Below, piece after piece: positions 1-13,787 of a stretch of DNA of 64,000 bases (positions within the stretch are counted from its first letter, which is position 1; each line of letters begins with the position of its first letter). Origin of the DNA: Tubiluchus corallicola. Taxonomy: Eukaryota > Animalia > Priapulida. Location of the stretch: assembly GCA_030141605.1 (NCBI GenBank), contig JAQGDQ010000072.1:1-64000 (forward strand), given 5' to 3'. Under the pieces are notes generated by a model. The model was not told where the DNA came from, ran no database searches, and saw only the letters and a list, made by a program, of their open reading frames with translations. The translations under genes were made by a program, and so were the position numbers.

Positions 1-3000
1 GCAGTATATGTTTTCTGTCCAGATGTTTGGAATTGCTTTAGTTGAGTTCTGACTAGATGTTTTAAATCGTTTTCCAAGCTTTAGAACCAGACGCTCAAGT
101 TTGGCTATGCATGTCTTGTGACAAGCTAATTGAGGCTATCTGTGTGTGTGTGTCTGTTAAGACGCTTGACTTTGCCTGTAGAAGTCTTTTGCCGGGATAC
201 TTGAGATCGGCAGTGCATTTCTGCAGATTTCTCCTGATCAGGTACACGAGAGTGAGAATAAAGCTGCTATTACCAGATGCTTACGTTTGTTCATATATGT
301 CCTCTGAGAAGCTGATTGAGGCTGTCTGTGTATGTCTCTGTTAAGGTGCTTAGTATTGCCTGTAGAAGTCTTTTGCCATATACTTGAGACTGGTAGTACA
401 TTTTTTGTATCCAGATTTTTGACATTGCTTTAAGTCAGTTCTGACTATATGTTTTAATTTGTTTTCCAAGCCTTAGAACCAAACGCTTCTTCAGTCTGGC
501 TATGCATGCCTGGTGACAAGCTAATTGCGGCTATCTGTGTGTGTGTCTCTGTTAAGATGCTTGGCATTGCCTGTAGAAGTCTTCTGCCATATATTTGAGA
601 TTAGCAGTATATGTTTTCTGTCCAGATGTTTGGAATTGCTTTAGTTGAGTTCTGACTAGATGTTTTAAATCGTTTTCCAAGCTTTAGAACCAGACGCTCA
701 AGTTTGGCTATGCATGTCTTGTGACAAGCTAATTGAGGCTATCTGTGTGTGTGTGTCTGTTAAGACGCTTGACTTTGCCTGTAGAAGTCTTTTGCCGGGA
801 TACTTGAGACAGGCAGTGCATTTCTGCAGATTTCTCCTGATCAGGTACATGAGAGTGAGAATAGAGGTGCTATTACCAGATGCGTACGTTTGTTCATGTA
901 TGTCCTCTGAGAAGCTGATTGAGGCTGTCTGTGTATGTCTCTATTAAGGCGCTTAGTATTGCCTGTAGAAGTCTTTTGCCATATACTTGAGATTAGCAGT
1001 TTTTGTTTCCTGTCCAGATGTTTGAGACTGCTTAGATGAGTTCTGATTAGATGTTTTTATTTGTTTTCCAAGCTTTAAAACCAGATGCATACGTTCGGTC
1101 CTATGTGTCCTCTGAGAAGCTGATTGAGGCTGTCTGTGTATGTCTCTGTTAAGGTGCTTAGTATTGCCTGTAGAAGTGTTTTGTCATATACTTGAGATTA
1201 GCAGGATATGTTTTCTGTCCAGATATGTCCTCTGAGAAGCTGATTGAGGATATCTGTGTATGTCTCTGCCGAATTGCCTTTAGAAATCTTCTGCCATATA
1301 CTTGGGATTAGCAGTACATTTTTTCTGTCTAGATGTTATAGACTGCTTTAGATAAGTTGTGATAGATGCTTTAATTCGTTTTGCAACTCTTAGAACCAGA
1401 CGCTTAAGTTTGGCTATGCATGTCTTGGATCAAGCTAATTGAGGCTATCTGTGTGTGTGTCTCTGTTAAGATGCTTGGCATTGCCTGTAGAAGTCTTCTG
1501 CCATATACTTGAAATTAGCAGTATATGTTTTCTGTCCAGATGTTTGAGATTGCTTTAGATGAGTTTTGACCAGATGCTGAAATTTGTCTGTAAATCTTAA
1601 CAGATTAACGGGATTGGGCATGGATGTGTTGATACTTCAAGTGTTAGTAGATGTTTTAGATTGCTTGTAGGTGTCATGTTACCAAACGGCTGAAATTGCC
1701 GGTATCCATGTCATCGTACCAAATGGCTGAAAGTGCTGTATCTATGCCATCGTACCAAGCGATGAGATTCCTGCAGATTTCTGCTGATCAGGTACATGAG
1801 ACTGAGAATAGAGCTGCTACTGCCAGATGCTTACGTTTGGCCATATATGTGCTCTGAGAAGCTGATTGAGGCTATCTGTGTATGTCTCTGCAGAATTGCC
1901 TGTAGAAGTCTTCTGCCATATACTTGAGATTAGCAGTGCATGTTTTCTGTCCAGATGTTTGGAATTGCTTTAGTTGAGTTCTGACTAGATGTTTTAAATC
2001 GTTTTCCAAGCTTTAGAACCAGACGCTCAAGTTTGGCTATGCATGCCTGGTGACAAGCTAATTGCGGCTATCTGTGTGTGTGTGTCTCTGTTAAGATGCT
2101 TGGCATTGCCTGTAGAAGTCTTCTGCCATATATTTGGGATTAGCAGTATATGTTTTCTGTCCAGATGTTTGGAATTGCTTTAGATGAGTTCTGACTAGAT
2201 GTTTTAAATCGTTTTCCAAGCTTTAGAACCAGACGCTCAAGTTTGGCTATGCATGTCTTGTGACAAGCTAATTGGGGCTATCTGTGTGTGTGTGTCTGTT
2301 AAGACGCTTGACTTTGCCCGTAGAAGTCTTTTGCCGGGATACTTGAGACAGGCAGTGCATTTCTGCAGATTTCTCCTGATCAGGTACATGAGAGTGAGAA
2401 TAGAGGTGCTATTACCAGATGCGTACGTTTGTTCATGTATGTCCTCTGAGAAGCTGATTGAGGCTGTCTGTGTATGTCTCTATTAAGGCGCTTAGTATTG
2501 CCTGTAGAAGTCTTTTGCCATATACTTGAGATTAGCAGTTTTTGTTTCCTGTCCAGATGTTTGAGACTGCTTAGATGAGTTCTGATTAGATGTTTTTATT
2601 TGTTTTCCAAGCTTTAGAACCAGATGCATACGTTCGGTCCTATGTGTCCTCTGAGAAGCTGATTGAGGCCGTCTGTGTATGTCTCTGTTAAGGTGCTTAG
2701 TATTGCCTGTAGAAGTATTTTGTCATATACTTGAGATTAGCAGGATATGTTTTCTGTCCAGATGTGTCCTCTGAGAAGCTGATTGAGGATATCTGTGTAT
2801 GTCTCTGCCGAATTGCCTTTAAAAATCTTCTGCCATATACTTGAGATTAGCAGTACATTTTTTCTGTCTAGATGTTTTAGACTGCTTTAGATAAGTTGTG
2901 ATAGATGCTTTAATTCGTTTTGCAACTCTTAGAACCAGACGCTTAAGTTTGGCTATGCATGTCTTGGATCAAGCTAATTGAGGCTATCTGTGTGTGTGTC

Positions 3001-4718
3001 TCTGTTAAGATGCTTGGCATTGCCTGTAGAAGTCTTCTGCCATATACTTGAAATTAGCAGTATATGTTTTCTGTCCAGATGTTTGAGATTGCTTTAGATG
3101 AGTTTTGACCAGATGCTGAAATTTGTCTGTAAATCTTAACAGATTAACGGGATTGGGCATGGATGTGTTGATACTTCAAGTGTTAGTAGATGTTTTAGAT
3201 TGCTTGTAGGTGTCATGTTACCAAACGGCTGAAATTGCCGGTATCCATGTCATCGTACCAAATGGCTGAAAGTGCTGTATCTATGCCATCGTACCAAGCG
3301 ATGAGATTCCTGCAGATTTCTGCTGATCAGGTACATGAGACTGAGAATAGAGCTGCTACTGCCAGATGCTTACGTTTGGCCATATATGTGCTCTGAGAAG
3401 CTGATTGAGGCTATCTGTGTATGTCTCTGCAGAATTGCCTGTAGAAGTCTTCTGCCATATACTTGAGATTAGCAGTACATGTTTTCTGTCCAGATGTTTG
3501 GAATTGCTTTAGTTGAGTTCTGACTAGATGTTTTAAATCGTTTTCCAAGCTTTAGAACCAGACGCTCAAGTTTGGCTATGCATGTCTTGTGACAAGCTAA
3601 TTGAGGCTATCTCTGTGTGTGTGTCTGTTAAGACGCTTGACTTTGCCTGTAGAAGTCCTTTGCCGGGATACTTGAGACAGGCAGTGCATTTCTGCAGATT
3701 TCTCCTGATCAGATCATGTACCTACATGAGAGTGAGAATAGAGCTGCTATTACCAGATGCGTACGTTTGTTCATGTATGTCCTCTGAGAAGCTGATTGAG
3801 GCTGTCTGTGTATGTCTCTATTAAGGCGCTTAGTATTGCCTGTAGAAGTCTTTTGCCATATACTTGAGACTGGTAGTACATTTTTTGTATCCAGATTTTT
3901 GACATTGCTTTAAGTCAGTTCTGACTATATGTTTTAATTTGTTTTCCAAGCCTTAGAACCAAACGCTTCAGTCTGGCTATGCATGCCTCTTGACAAGCTA
4001 ATTGCGGCTATCTGTGTGTGTGTCTCTGTTAAGATGCTTGACTTTGCCTGTAGAAGTCTTTTGCCGGGATACTTGAGACAGGCAGTGCATTTCTGCAGAT
4101 TTCTCCTGATCAGGTACATGAGAGTGAGAATAGAGCTGCTATTACCAGATGCGTACGTTTGTTCATGTATGTCCTCTGAGAAGCTGATTGAGGCTGTCTG
4201 TGTATGTCTCTATTAAGGCGCTTAGTATTGCCTGTAGAAGTCTTTTGCCATATACTTGAGATTAGCAGTTTTTGTTTCCTGTCCAGATGTTTGAGACTGC
4301 TTAGATGAGTTCTGATTAGATGTTTTTATTTGTTTTCCAAGCTTTAGAACCAGATGCATACGTTCGGTCCTATGTGTCCTCTGAGAAGCTGATTGAGGCC
4401 ATCTGTGTATGTCTCTGTTAAGGCGCTTAGTATTGCCTGTAGATGTCTTTTGCCATATACTTGAGATTATCAGGATATGTTTTCTGTCCAGATGTTTGAG
4501 ATTGCTTTAAATGAGTTCTGATTAGATGTTTTTATTTGTTTCCAAGCCTTAGAACCAAACGCTCCAGTCTGGCTATGCATGTCTTGTGACAAGCTAATTG
4601 AGGCTATCTGTGTGTGTGTCTCTGTTAAGACGCTTGACTTTGCCTGTAGAAGTCTTTTGCCGGGATACTTGACAGCGGCAGTGCATTTCTGCAGATTTCT
4701 CCTGATTAGGTACATGAG
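1..4718. repeat. Complex satellite of diverged ~180-210 bp monomers with a ~1539 bp higher-order unit
   Basis: Recurring blocks such as gcctgtagaagtcttttgcc...tacttgaga and aagctgattgaggct. Near-identical 77-aa ORFs recur at 111, 714, 2253, 3582 and 3983. A distinctive segment at ~1600-1770 recurs at ~3140-3310 (offset 1539). The array runs off the left edge of the window. Confidence 0.95.
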
Positions 4719-5559
4719 ATTTTATATGGGTTCGTGGTTTGGTTAGGAAAGTGCGTCTGGTTTTTATTACCGTTTATCACCAATGCACGAAAGATTGTTT
4801 ACAGTACGGTGTATACATGTACTGAATTTTCCAAGTCTGAGAGCCCCGTGTTCAAAACTGCCAATACATTTTTTTCGGAAAATGAAAATGGATCGGCGTG
4901 AGTGTTTGAATCAATGTATATCCAAAGAACAACAGTACAATACACAAGTGTTTAGAGAAATACAGAGACTCACAAATTTAAACCGTTCGTCTTTGGTTAT
5001 GGACAAAGAGCTGCGCTTAGAAAGATTGAGGAGATCAGCTAATCCAAAGGTAGATGTGTGCAGACAAATAAATCCAGATTTGAAATCTCATGAAAACTAA
5101 TTTAATGAACATGTAAGTAGGTGAAAAGCACAACATTTTTTGGACCGCGATGTGTTTATCAGCCTATAGTCTTCGTGTGGAGGCCGTAAGGTAGGGCCAT
5201 GTAAATCGTCGAGATAGACTATGTAAATGCAGGGAAAATGTACAAATAGAGCAACATGTTCTTTCTGAATGTAAAATTAGTGAGCCCCTTCGAGTAAGCT
5301 ACTATAATAGGAATCTTCGCTTTAACTTTGTTTAATTGTACCGATACTTACTTGATTTTAAAATATGTATTTGATAGTATGCAGCTGTTTTAAATACCGA
5401 TCTAGTACTTAGTAGAAAGAGTAGTAATTTACACTATGCAATTTGTTGATTTAATATCGGTATATCAAATGAAGTGTTAATTTGTAATGAGACTCCTGTA
5501 ATAGTGGTTAACAAACATACTACTCAACTACTATTTATTTGTGCCTTTTTGTTCTTTTA

Positions 5560-6760
5560 AGAACTCGCGCAAACACAGGGTTAGGGTCATGAAACTCACA
5601 GGACACACTCATCAGGTAGAGGAATTTGTGCTTACATGTGTCCCATCACCCTCCGGCCAAAGGTCACGGAACAGCCAGGCTTTCTCGTTTTTCGTTAATC
5701 TGGATCTCCTCTAGTAGCTGAGCTAAGGCGACACTTTTTGGTATGTGCTAGGTGGATCGAGATGTTGTACATGGTTGAATATTAGCCATTTGGGTACGGA
5801 AAATTTTTTCGGTAGGGGCGAAAACCAAAACAGAGAAGTGGAGAAAACCAATGCTTGCAGTGTCGAGTAACAGCAGCGTGTAATACATTAAATCAAGTGG
5901 CTCGACAAGGCAAATCGAGTGGTATTAGTTATGCCCAAGTTGGCTAAGCTCTCACCCCGCTAGCTCGGAGGGTTAGGACACCAATGGTTCCAAGTGTCGA
6001 GTAACAGTGGCTTACGGTATATCAAAGTATATCAAATGAAAGGTCTTGGTGAGTCGAATAGAATAACGTTAGTTACGCACAAACGTAGACCACTGACTTG
6101 CTAGGCGGCAAAAACCGAGCGCGAGAGTCCGGAAAACAAATGTTTCCAGTGTTAAGCATCAGCAGGTTGTAGTATATTAAATGAAAAGTACCAGTGACAC
6201 TAACTGAGTCACGGAAACATTGGTTGGCCCTTGACCGCGATATCACATGTTAAAACGACAATTCCAATTATAGTGTCTCGTAGTGCAACAAATGAAGGTC
6301 TCGATAAGACGAATTGAATTGGACGACCTGTATTGGAGATATCGGAAAATCTGATATTGGAGATCAGGGATGTATGGGATGACCTGTATTGGAGATATCG
6401 GAAAATCTGATATTGGAGATCAGGGATGTATGGGATGACCTGTATTGGAGATATCGGAAAATCTGATATTGGAGATCAGGGATGTATGGGATGACCTGTA
6501 TTGGAGATATCGGAAAATCTGATATTGGAGATCAGGGATGTATGGGATGACCTGTATTGGAGATATCGGAAAATCTGATATTGGAGATCAGGGATACAAT
6601 CATACAAATGTATCTAGTATTGAGCAACAGTAGGTTGCAGCATATCAAATGAAAGATTTCAATGAGACGAATTGCCTGGTATGAGTCACCCCTCATTGGT
6701 TGACCGTTGACCCACAGGCCACCAATCAAAAAGTGACAAGTTCAGATTTCATCAAAACTG
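5560..6760. mobile_element. Non-autonomous repeat with periodic internal ATCAAATGAAAGG motifs (Helentron/DINE-like)
   Basis: Degenerate atcaaatgaaaggtct...gagacgaat motif at ~5891, 6031, 6178, 6290 and 6645. Family assignment is by motif resemblance only; boundaries are approximate. Confidence 0.4.
6325..6595. repeat. Perfect 56-bp minisatellite, ~4.8 copies
   Basis: gacctgtattggagatatcggaaaatctgatattggagatcagggatgtatgggat starts at 6325, 6381, 6437, 6493 and 6549. Confidence 0.97.
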
Positions 6761-7473
6761 TTAATGTCCATCTCATTAACTATTTGAAAAGCACGTAAAA
6801 ATCATCACATAAAATCTCCAGCTCTTAGCAGATGCTTAGCGGCCTTATTTGCTGGGTTCAGAGCGTTTCCACTCATGCTCGATTCCCCTGATGGAACAAT
6901 ACTATTCACAGCGATGCAATTGTATTGATTCCAATGTTCTTAAAGTAATTTTGTGTTATCCGCATCTTTCAAGTTTCAAATTTACTACGTAAAGATTAAT
7001 GATTATGAAAAGTCTGCGGTATGCAGAAGTATCCATAACGCAATTTACGCATTTTTAGCAAATGTGCAGTCATAAATGACATGCAGCCCGAGTCTTAAAA
7101 TGACGATTTTATAGCTAATGCGCAGAAATTATAGTTATGAATGATAAGCATGGGCTATTAAAATCGAATTTGTTTTTACGTCAGTCCAACCCATAAGTAA
7201 AAGTCACTAGCAGTCCATAAATCATCACGCCTGATATCTTTTAGTTGTTTTTGAAATTTATACGGAGTTTTTAGTAGGAATCGCATGCCTATGGAACGGA
7301 AATGTTCCTGAGACTCACAGGGCAGAATTGCATATGTTGTGATTGTAAAGAATTGTCTTTTAAGTACAAATTAGTATGGTCCCTTATGTTCGATTTTAAT
7401 GTTTTTCCTAGTCCATTAAGGGCATTTGAATCGGGAATGTCCATTACTGACAATATTATTTTGGCGTAAACCC

Positions 7474-8180
7474 TGAACGGTTTGAACGTGAGCTGTCGGT
7501 AGGCGAGAGACATCGGTTCGAACGCCACATCCGGAAAATAGACTACCAGACCAAACGACAAGATGACATTAAGTCAGCTTTAAAAGTGCGGTCTGGGACC
7601 CAACCAAATGCTTAACTTATTAATTGCCGAATAAAGGAGTAAAACTTGAAATCAAACTGCTAACTTTCTTTTAGATGCGAACCAAGCATTATGATTATGA
7701 TTCAATAGCTGACTAGACTAGAAAAACAAAACATAGAGTAATAAAACTGCTGAGAGGTTACCACGTCCTCACACTGACCCCTGAAACAGTCGGATGACAA
7801 ATCCAGGAAGGCGGGGGCAGTAACAGTCCTGTTTGGTGCTTAAACTATCACCAGCAACCTCTGAACTCAAGGATTCAGAATTTGGCACTTATATATTTAT
7901 AGATTTTGCACAGGTATAACAGCCAAGTATTTAAATGTAAACCGATCAGAAAGTAGGATTTGTGAATTTCACGTACGATTATTACATTTTTGTTACAGGG
8001 GTGTTTTTGTTTTAAAGTGAACTGAAATAACATACAGGCCACATATTCTGTGTCCTTGAGTGAGTGAAAATTTGAACGTAAAAGAGGGCAAAATTCAGCC
8101 CCCCCACACTACCACCTCCCTTTAAAATCAAAACTAACAGTTTGAATAGAGATTGCATAATAAAGGGAAGCTGACCCCTT
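7474..8180 (-). mobile_element. Gypsy 3' LTR (~7474-8108) with PPT and a stub of internal sequence
   Basis: Colinear similarity to 22018-22735. The minus strand reads PPT aaagggaggtggtag immediately followed by TGTGGGG at 8108. Confidence 0.75.
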
Positions 8181-8466
8181 TAATGTTTACCAAAACCCGA
8201 CTCCAAGAGTTTCAAATTTATTTATTCAATGAGTTAAAAAGCTATTATATGTTACACATAATATTTGCACACATTAGTATAAAGTACATTATGCAGACAT
8301 ATAAAACAATAAATCTACAATGAAGGCACTCAAGAAAAGGAGATGATGAAGTTAAAACTTATATTTTCCTTCCCCTTTTAGTTGTCATTATTCCACCCAA
8401 ATCAATTTTTTTATTATCTATGAGTATAGAGTATACATTATATTACACATTACATGTACATTACAC

Positions 8467-8750
<284 letters not shown>

Positions 8751-10533
8751 TTAAATAGTATACATATACACTACATTATATTACACATGTTACACTAAAT
8801 AATACATATTAAATTAGATTTTACTTCTAAAACTGTTTTTATATCTAAAATCACATATTATACTAAAAGGTTATCACAGCACTTTTTGAAATTATTCACT
8901 AATGCGCTTCTGACTTTTAGCAGCTGCCAATCTAAACCTTTTTGTATTTGTGTCGCCCTAGCGGCACAGCTGTACGGCCTGTTGTTGTCAGGTACGCTAT
9001 AGCGCAGCTGTTCGCGCACCGGTTTGTACAGTAAGAGATGAATTGATAAAACCACCAAAGCCAGGCCGATCGACAGGTGCTCATAACTTGCTCAGCAGTG
9101 AGTTGCAAAAACACAAATAAAAATATCCTTTTAAATTTCCCGAGGAAGCAACCAGGTAATTATATCAAAATGCTAATTATAACACAGTTTTGTAACTTTT
9201 GTTACAAGTTACATATTTGTACACTAAGCAAAGACTGCCTACGTCTGTCTTTGGCGATTTATAGCAGCTGTTATATTTTTGAATATTATTTAAAGCAAGC
9301 ATATGGCACTAAGAACATTTAGTAGTTAAAATAGAAACGATATATTCATATCTCATGAAAATTAATAGGCTTATTTACAAAAGAAGTTAAGAAAGCTGAT
9401 CATAAAGGAAGTTTGCAAATACCAGGCTCATGTAGTATTCTATTTCTGGAGAATTTATTTTTCTAAAAAACATTCCTATTTAATATGTTTTTATCAGAAA
9501 ATATAGCTTGAAGAAATATTAGGCGTGACTTTCATGTGCAATACCTTTCATAGGAAAAAAAAACGATTTTTTCAGAAGAGCAAATAATTTTTCCAGAACA
9601 AAATTTAATCTAAGCATCTGCATGTTTTGTTAATTCCAAGTTAAAAGATGTTTAAAACATGTAATCATACGTTGGCCTTTGTTGTGAGTTGGAGTTGGTT
9701 ATAAAATGACGTTGAACAATCGGAGATGCATTTACGATATTAGTCCTCTTTTTCATTGTTAGTGAACAAAAAAATAACAAAACAAAACATCAGGACTGTC
9801 ATTCTGAGCAGCTGACAATACTTCTACCTCTATAACAGCTAATTAGGTCAAAATCAATGTGGAATTCAGGTGAGAAGCCAACCCGGCGCATAAATTAGAA
9901 TCTGCAGGCGGGTCATAACACCTTATATATCATGTGTAGACGTCACTTATATTTAGCCTAATTTTTTAAGATACAGTTAGTCTTACGTCAAAATAAATGT
10001 TCATTAAATACAGTTTGTTTACGTGTAAAAAATGTATTTGTATAAGCGTACTAATGAATCACCTGTGGCGAAATCCACAGACAAGTCTTGATAAATTATT
10101 TATTTATTGATTGGCTTAAATTAACATATAGGCCTAGGTGTTAAGGGCCATCAATTTATATTGTTAAATATATAGGCTCAGCTTCATAGAATCTCTGTGT
10201 GTAATAATGCATACATCATACATGTATCTGAGTGTGTGTGTATGGGTGTATCAAGACGTTACGACGCCCTGGCAGTTCAGTCCTACTCATCCCTACTACA
10301 GTATTGATTATTTATATATATGAAGCACCGTATGCAATTACTTGTTGTGTGCGTGCGTGCGTGTGTACATTATTTATATATAAACCTATAATATAATATA
10401 TGTGTAATTATATAGATTAATTGCAGGGCACGTAAATGGGTGCAATTTTTAATGTGCCAAATCCGCCGCCTCGCATTGGAGTAAAACGACCAAGAAACAA
10501 ATAGCAGAACCTTCAACAAAAGGAAAAGAAGGA

Positions 10534-10615
10534 TCTCTCTCTCTTTCTCTCTCTCTGTATGTCTGTCTCTCTCACTCCTCTAAAACTCTCCCTCAATCCT
10601 TCCCCCTCTCTCTTC

Positions 10616-10672
<57 letters not shown>

Positions 10673-10690
10673 ACTCCTCTAAAACTCTCT
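10534..10690. repeat. (CT)n-rich microsatellite
   Basis: Directly visible. Confidence 0.95.
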
Positions 10691-12137
10691 ACTTTATTAC
10701 ATAGTAAGCAGCACAGACTTATTGCTACAACTGTTTTTCATTTTCATGAAATGATTTTAGTTTTTTAAACTAATAATTGTTTTTATTTGAGATATTCTTC
10801 TTTTATTAAAAACCCAAAAGTGGCTTTGGGTTACCAAAATTGCGCCTATGCCAACACTATTGGTGTACTTAAGGATATTATTATTACACAGTCACTGCGC
10901 GGCTCAAAAGTTTTTAGACATCCGCCGTTTGATGCCGCCAACGTAGCCGCTGATCGCAAAAACGAAATACGTTTGCTATCCTTTCCTACACTTTGATTGT
11001 TGTTGAAAATTTGTCACTGGAATTGATTTTTCATTGTAATTACTTGCAATAGGATTCAAAATCAATTACAGGTTGACGTTCGTTGTCATCAGTGTCCATT
11101 CGAGTCATTTCCTTAGCATCTAGATTGCGCCTATTGAGGGTATTTGTTTGGTAGACGCCAACAAGCTCTTTTAATTTAGTATCTTCAGAAGTAGTTTTCA
11201 CAGTATGATAGCGAAACATTTTTTGATACATTAAACTAATTTGTAGCTAGATCTTGTGTTCAGTAAAGTTTGGAACTGCAAAATTAACAATGTCAAAATA
11301 GGCAAATTATTAAATATAGATATGAAGAAGTTTATAAAATTGATTGAGCGCTATTAATTTGTTATATTAACTTCATATGAACGTATTAAAATGAACGTAA
11401 TTGTACTGATTGCAATTTTCACTGAAATGAAAATTCATAAAATGACCTTTTTCATTTTTAATAGAAATGACGTATAAAGCACTGCAAGTCCTGAGTTGGA
11501 ATATGGCAGTTATGTAATACAGTCATTTATGGTGTTCATGATCAAGGAGTAAAATAATTGTTTGCGTTGTTTGTGTATTTGCTGTTTTGAGCTGTTAGCT
11601 GAATATTGTTGTTTCTGACATGGCAAAACTATTAAAACTCAAGTTAAGAATCAACACATTTATTAAACATTAAGCACAGTAAATAACATAAAAGATAGTA
11701 ATGCCAAGCCCCCTGATCTGATCTGCTCCCTTCGATCTGATCTGCTCTGGTTTGACCTGACGAGGTGCGGGGATGACAGAGCTTTTTCTAAATTATCATG
11801 CGCTGTAAGCTTCGGCGCATCGACCGCCTACGTTAAGGTCGATTCTGAATCACTTGGTCACGTGATACCACACCTTAACTGGGCTTCATGCCAGTATTTC
11901 ATCAGAATTATTATTTAGCATAAGTTAACACTTTTAACACAATTTAATAACTCTTCTTTACTCAAGGATACTGGATCGTATACTACCTGTATGCAAGCAT
12001 AGTTTGCGGACTAAATAGGCTCGACCTCGACCTAGATTCATCGTTTATCTGTTTCAGGAGGCTCGTTTGTATACAGCTGGAAAAACTACAGCCGGGTCCT
12101 GACTACTTATCAATCGAAAATCCAGTTCATTGCTGTG

Positions 12138-12240
12138 ATGTCAGGAGATCAATTCAATAGCCTTGCTATGGAACAGTTGAGAAGCATTTCTAGACAAAAA
12201 GGGTTGAAAGTTTCTGGAATTAAAGCTAAATTAGTTAAAG
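12138..12240 (+). pseudogene. SAP-domain-like coding fragment, probably from a DNA transposon
   Basis: Translates as MSGDQFNSLAMEQLRSISRQKGLKVSGIKAKLV, matching the SAP pattern L..(E)L+...+..GL..SG.K..L. Confidence 0.5.
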
Positions 12241-12443
12241 GGGCCAGGCGCAATCAGCTTCAGGCGTAATCACTAAGTCTCACCTGCACGTAGCGCAAGT
12301 CAAGTGTAAGCTTCCGAAATTAAATCATGCAAGTCTAAAATAACATCAGCGGCTCCATCTGACCATAAACGCCAACAGGCTCGCACAGCATTGTTAAAAC
12401 TTCAGAAAAAATCTTTGTAGGCAGAATCAGAATCTGACGAACA

Positions 12444-13124
12444 TGTGAAAATGCTCTTTTTTCAGAAATTTGTTGAAGAGACATCGGACTGGTTTTAAAT
12501 TTATTGTTGATTAGAATTCAAATAAATGCGTGGAATATGTAATTACAGTCTAATTTGTTGTTTTTATAGAAAGAGATGCATAACGCTTACGTCTACGAGT
12601 TGTTGCTTAAAATATTTTGCTGTTATTAAAATATGTACTTTAGATTAATTCATGACTTTGTAAGAAAAACCGCACAACTATTTGATTAAAAGAGTGGTCA
12701 CTCAAAATATAATTTACTGTAACTTACATAATTTAGTGCATATACATTATTACTTTTTATCTTAACTCTAATATTAAGTAGAACACAGAAGGACAATCAA
12801 TCATATAATTAATCACTGATTATCACATAGTTAATGCAATAAGCACAAGGCATTAATGTTAGATATATGATGCGCAAATTAGCACATAACTATTGAAAAA
12901 TATTAGAAAGGAAAAAATAACCTAGTTTGGCAGATCATATGACGTTTGTTTATAGGAATACAAAGCGTTAAATGGTCCATGCAGAGGTGACGATGAAATT
13001 TAACTTGCCTGAACGACTCTAGGTAGATTTGCAAAAGATGTATGAACTAGAATAAACTAGTTAGCAATACTGTAAATGAAAAATCTAGTAGCAGCGTTGC
13101 ACTCAGTCACAGGAATCCATGACA
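12444..13124 (-). repeat. BEL/Pao 3' LTR
   Basis: Aligns end to end with 19493-20143. Confidence 0.88.
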
Positions 13125-13787
13125 CTCAAAGTTCAAGCAATAAACAAAATTGCTCAATCTTATCAAGTTGTAAGATGGTAGACCACGAAATAAGTAGTAC
13201 AAAGAAACATGCAAAAGCAAAAACTTACCAAATCTAAAATACTGTGTATAACAGAGTCCACAATAGGAAAATCAGGTTTCATGTGTGAGATGTGTGTCAA
13301 AATATATATGGGTGTATAAGTGCATGAAATGTACGAAAGGGTTATATATGTGCGAAAAAATAAAAATCAAAAATCAACATCAAAAAATCAAGTCAACTTT
13401 AAAGGCCCATCCAAATAAATATCAAAAAATATATATGACGTGACAAAATATTTGTGATTATGTGTGGTTAGAATGCAAGAACACCTATCTATTTGGCTTT
13501 GTGTTTTATATTGCTTTTGGGAGTGATTTTTTATGCAACCTAATTATTTCACAATATTTACAAATGGAGACAGGACAATTTATGCTAAGTCTTGAGTCCA
13601 TATAGCAAGCACAGTGTGGCTTGAATTCCATCCATCAGCTGTATAGCAGTGTAACCATTGTCATATCCATAATCTGTGACTGACATAACCATAACCATCA
13701 TAACCACAACTAGTAACCACAATTGGAACGGGCCCTGAACCAAGTGCATCATTATAACCGTGACGTACTGAATCAACAAATCAGAGT

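Noticed and set aside
111-4715. Repeated 77-80 aa ORFs as a tandem gene family
   Set aside because: They are by-products of satellite monomers, with no domain signature, and are broken in variant monomers.
6325-6595. CRISPR-like array
   Set aside because: The units are identical and contiguous, there are no unique spacers or cas genes, and the context is eukaryotic.
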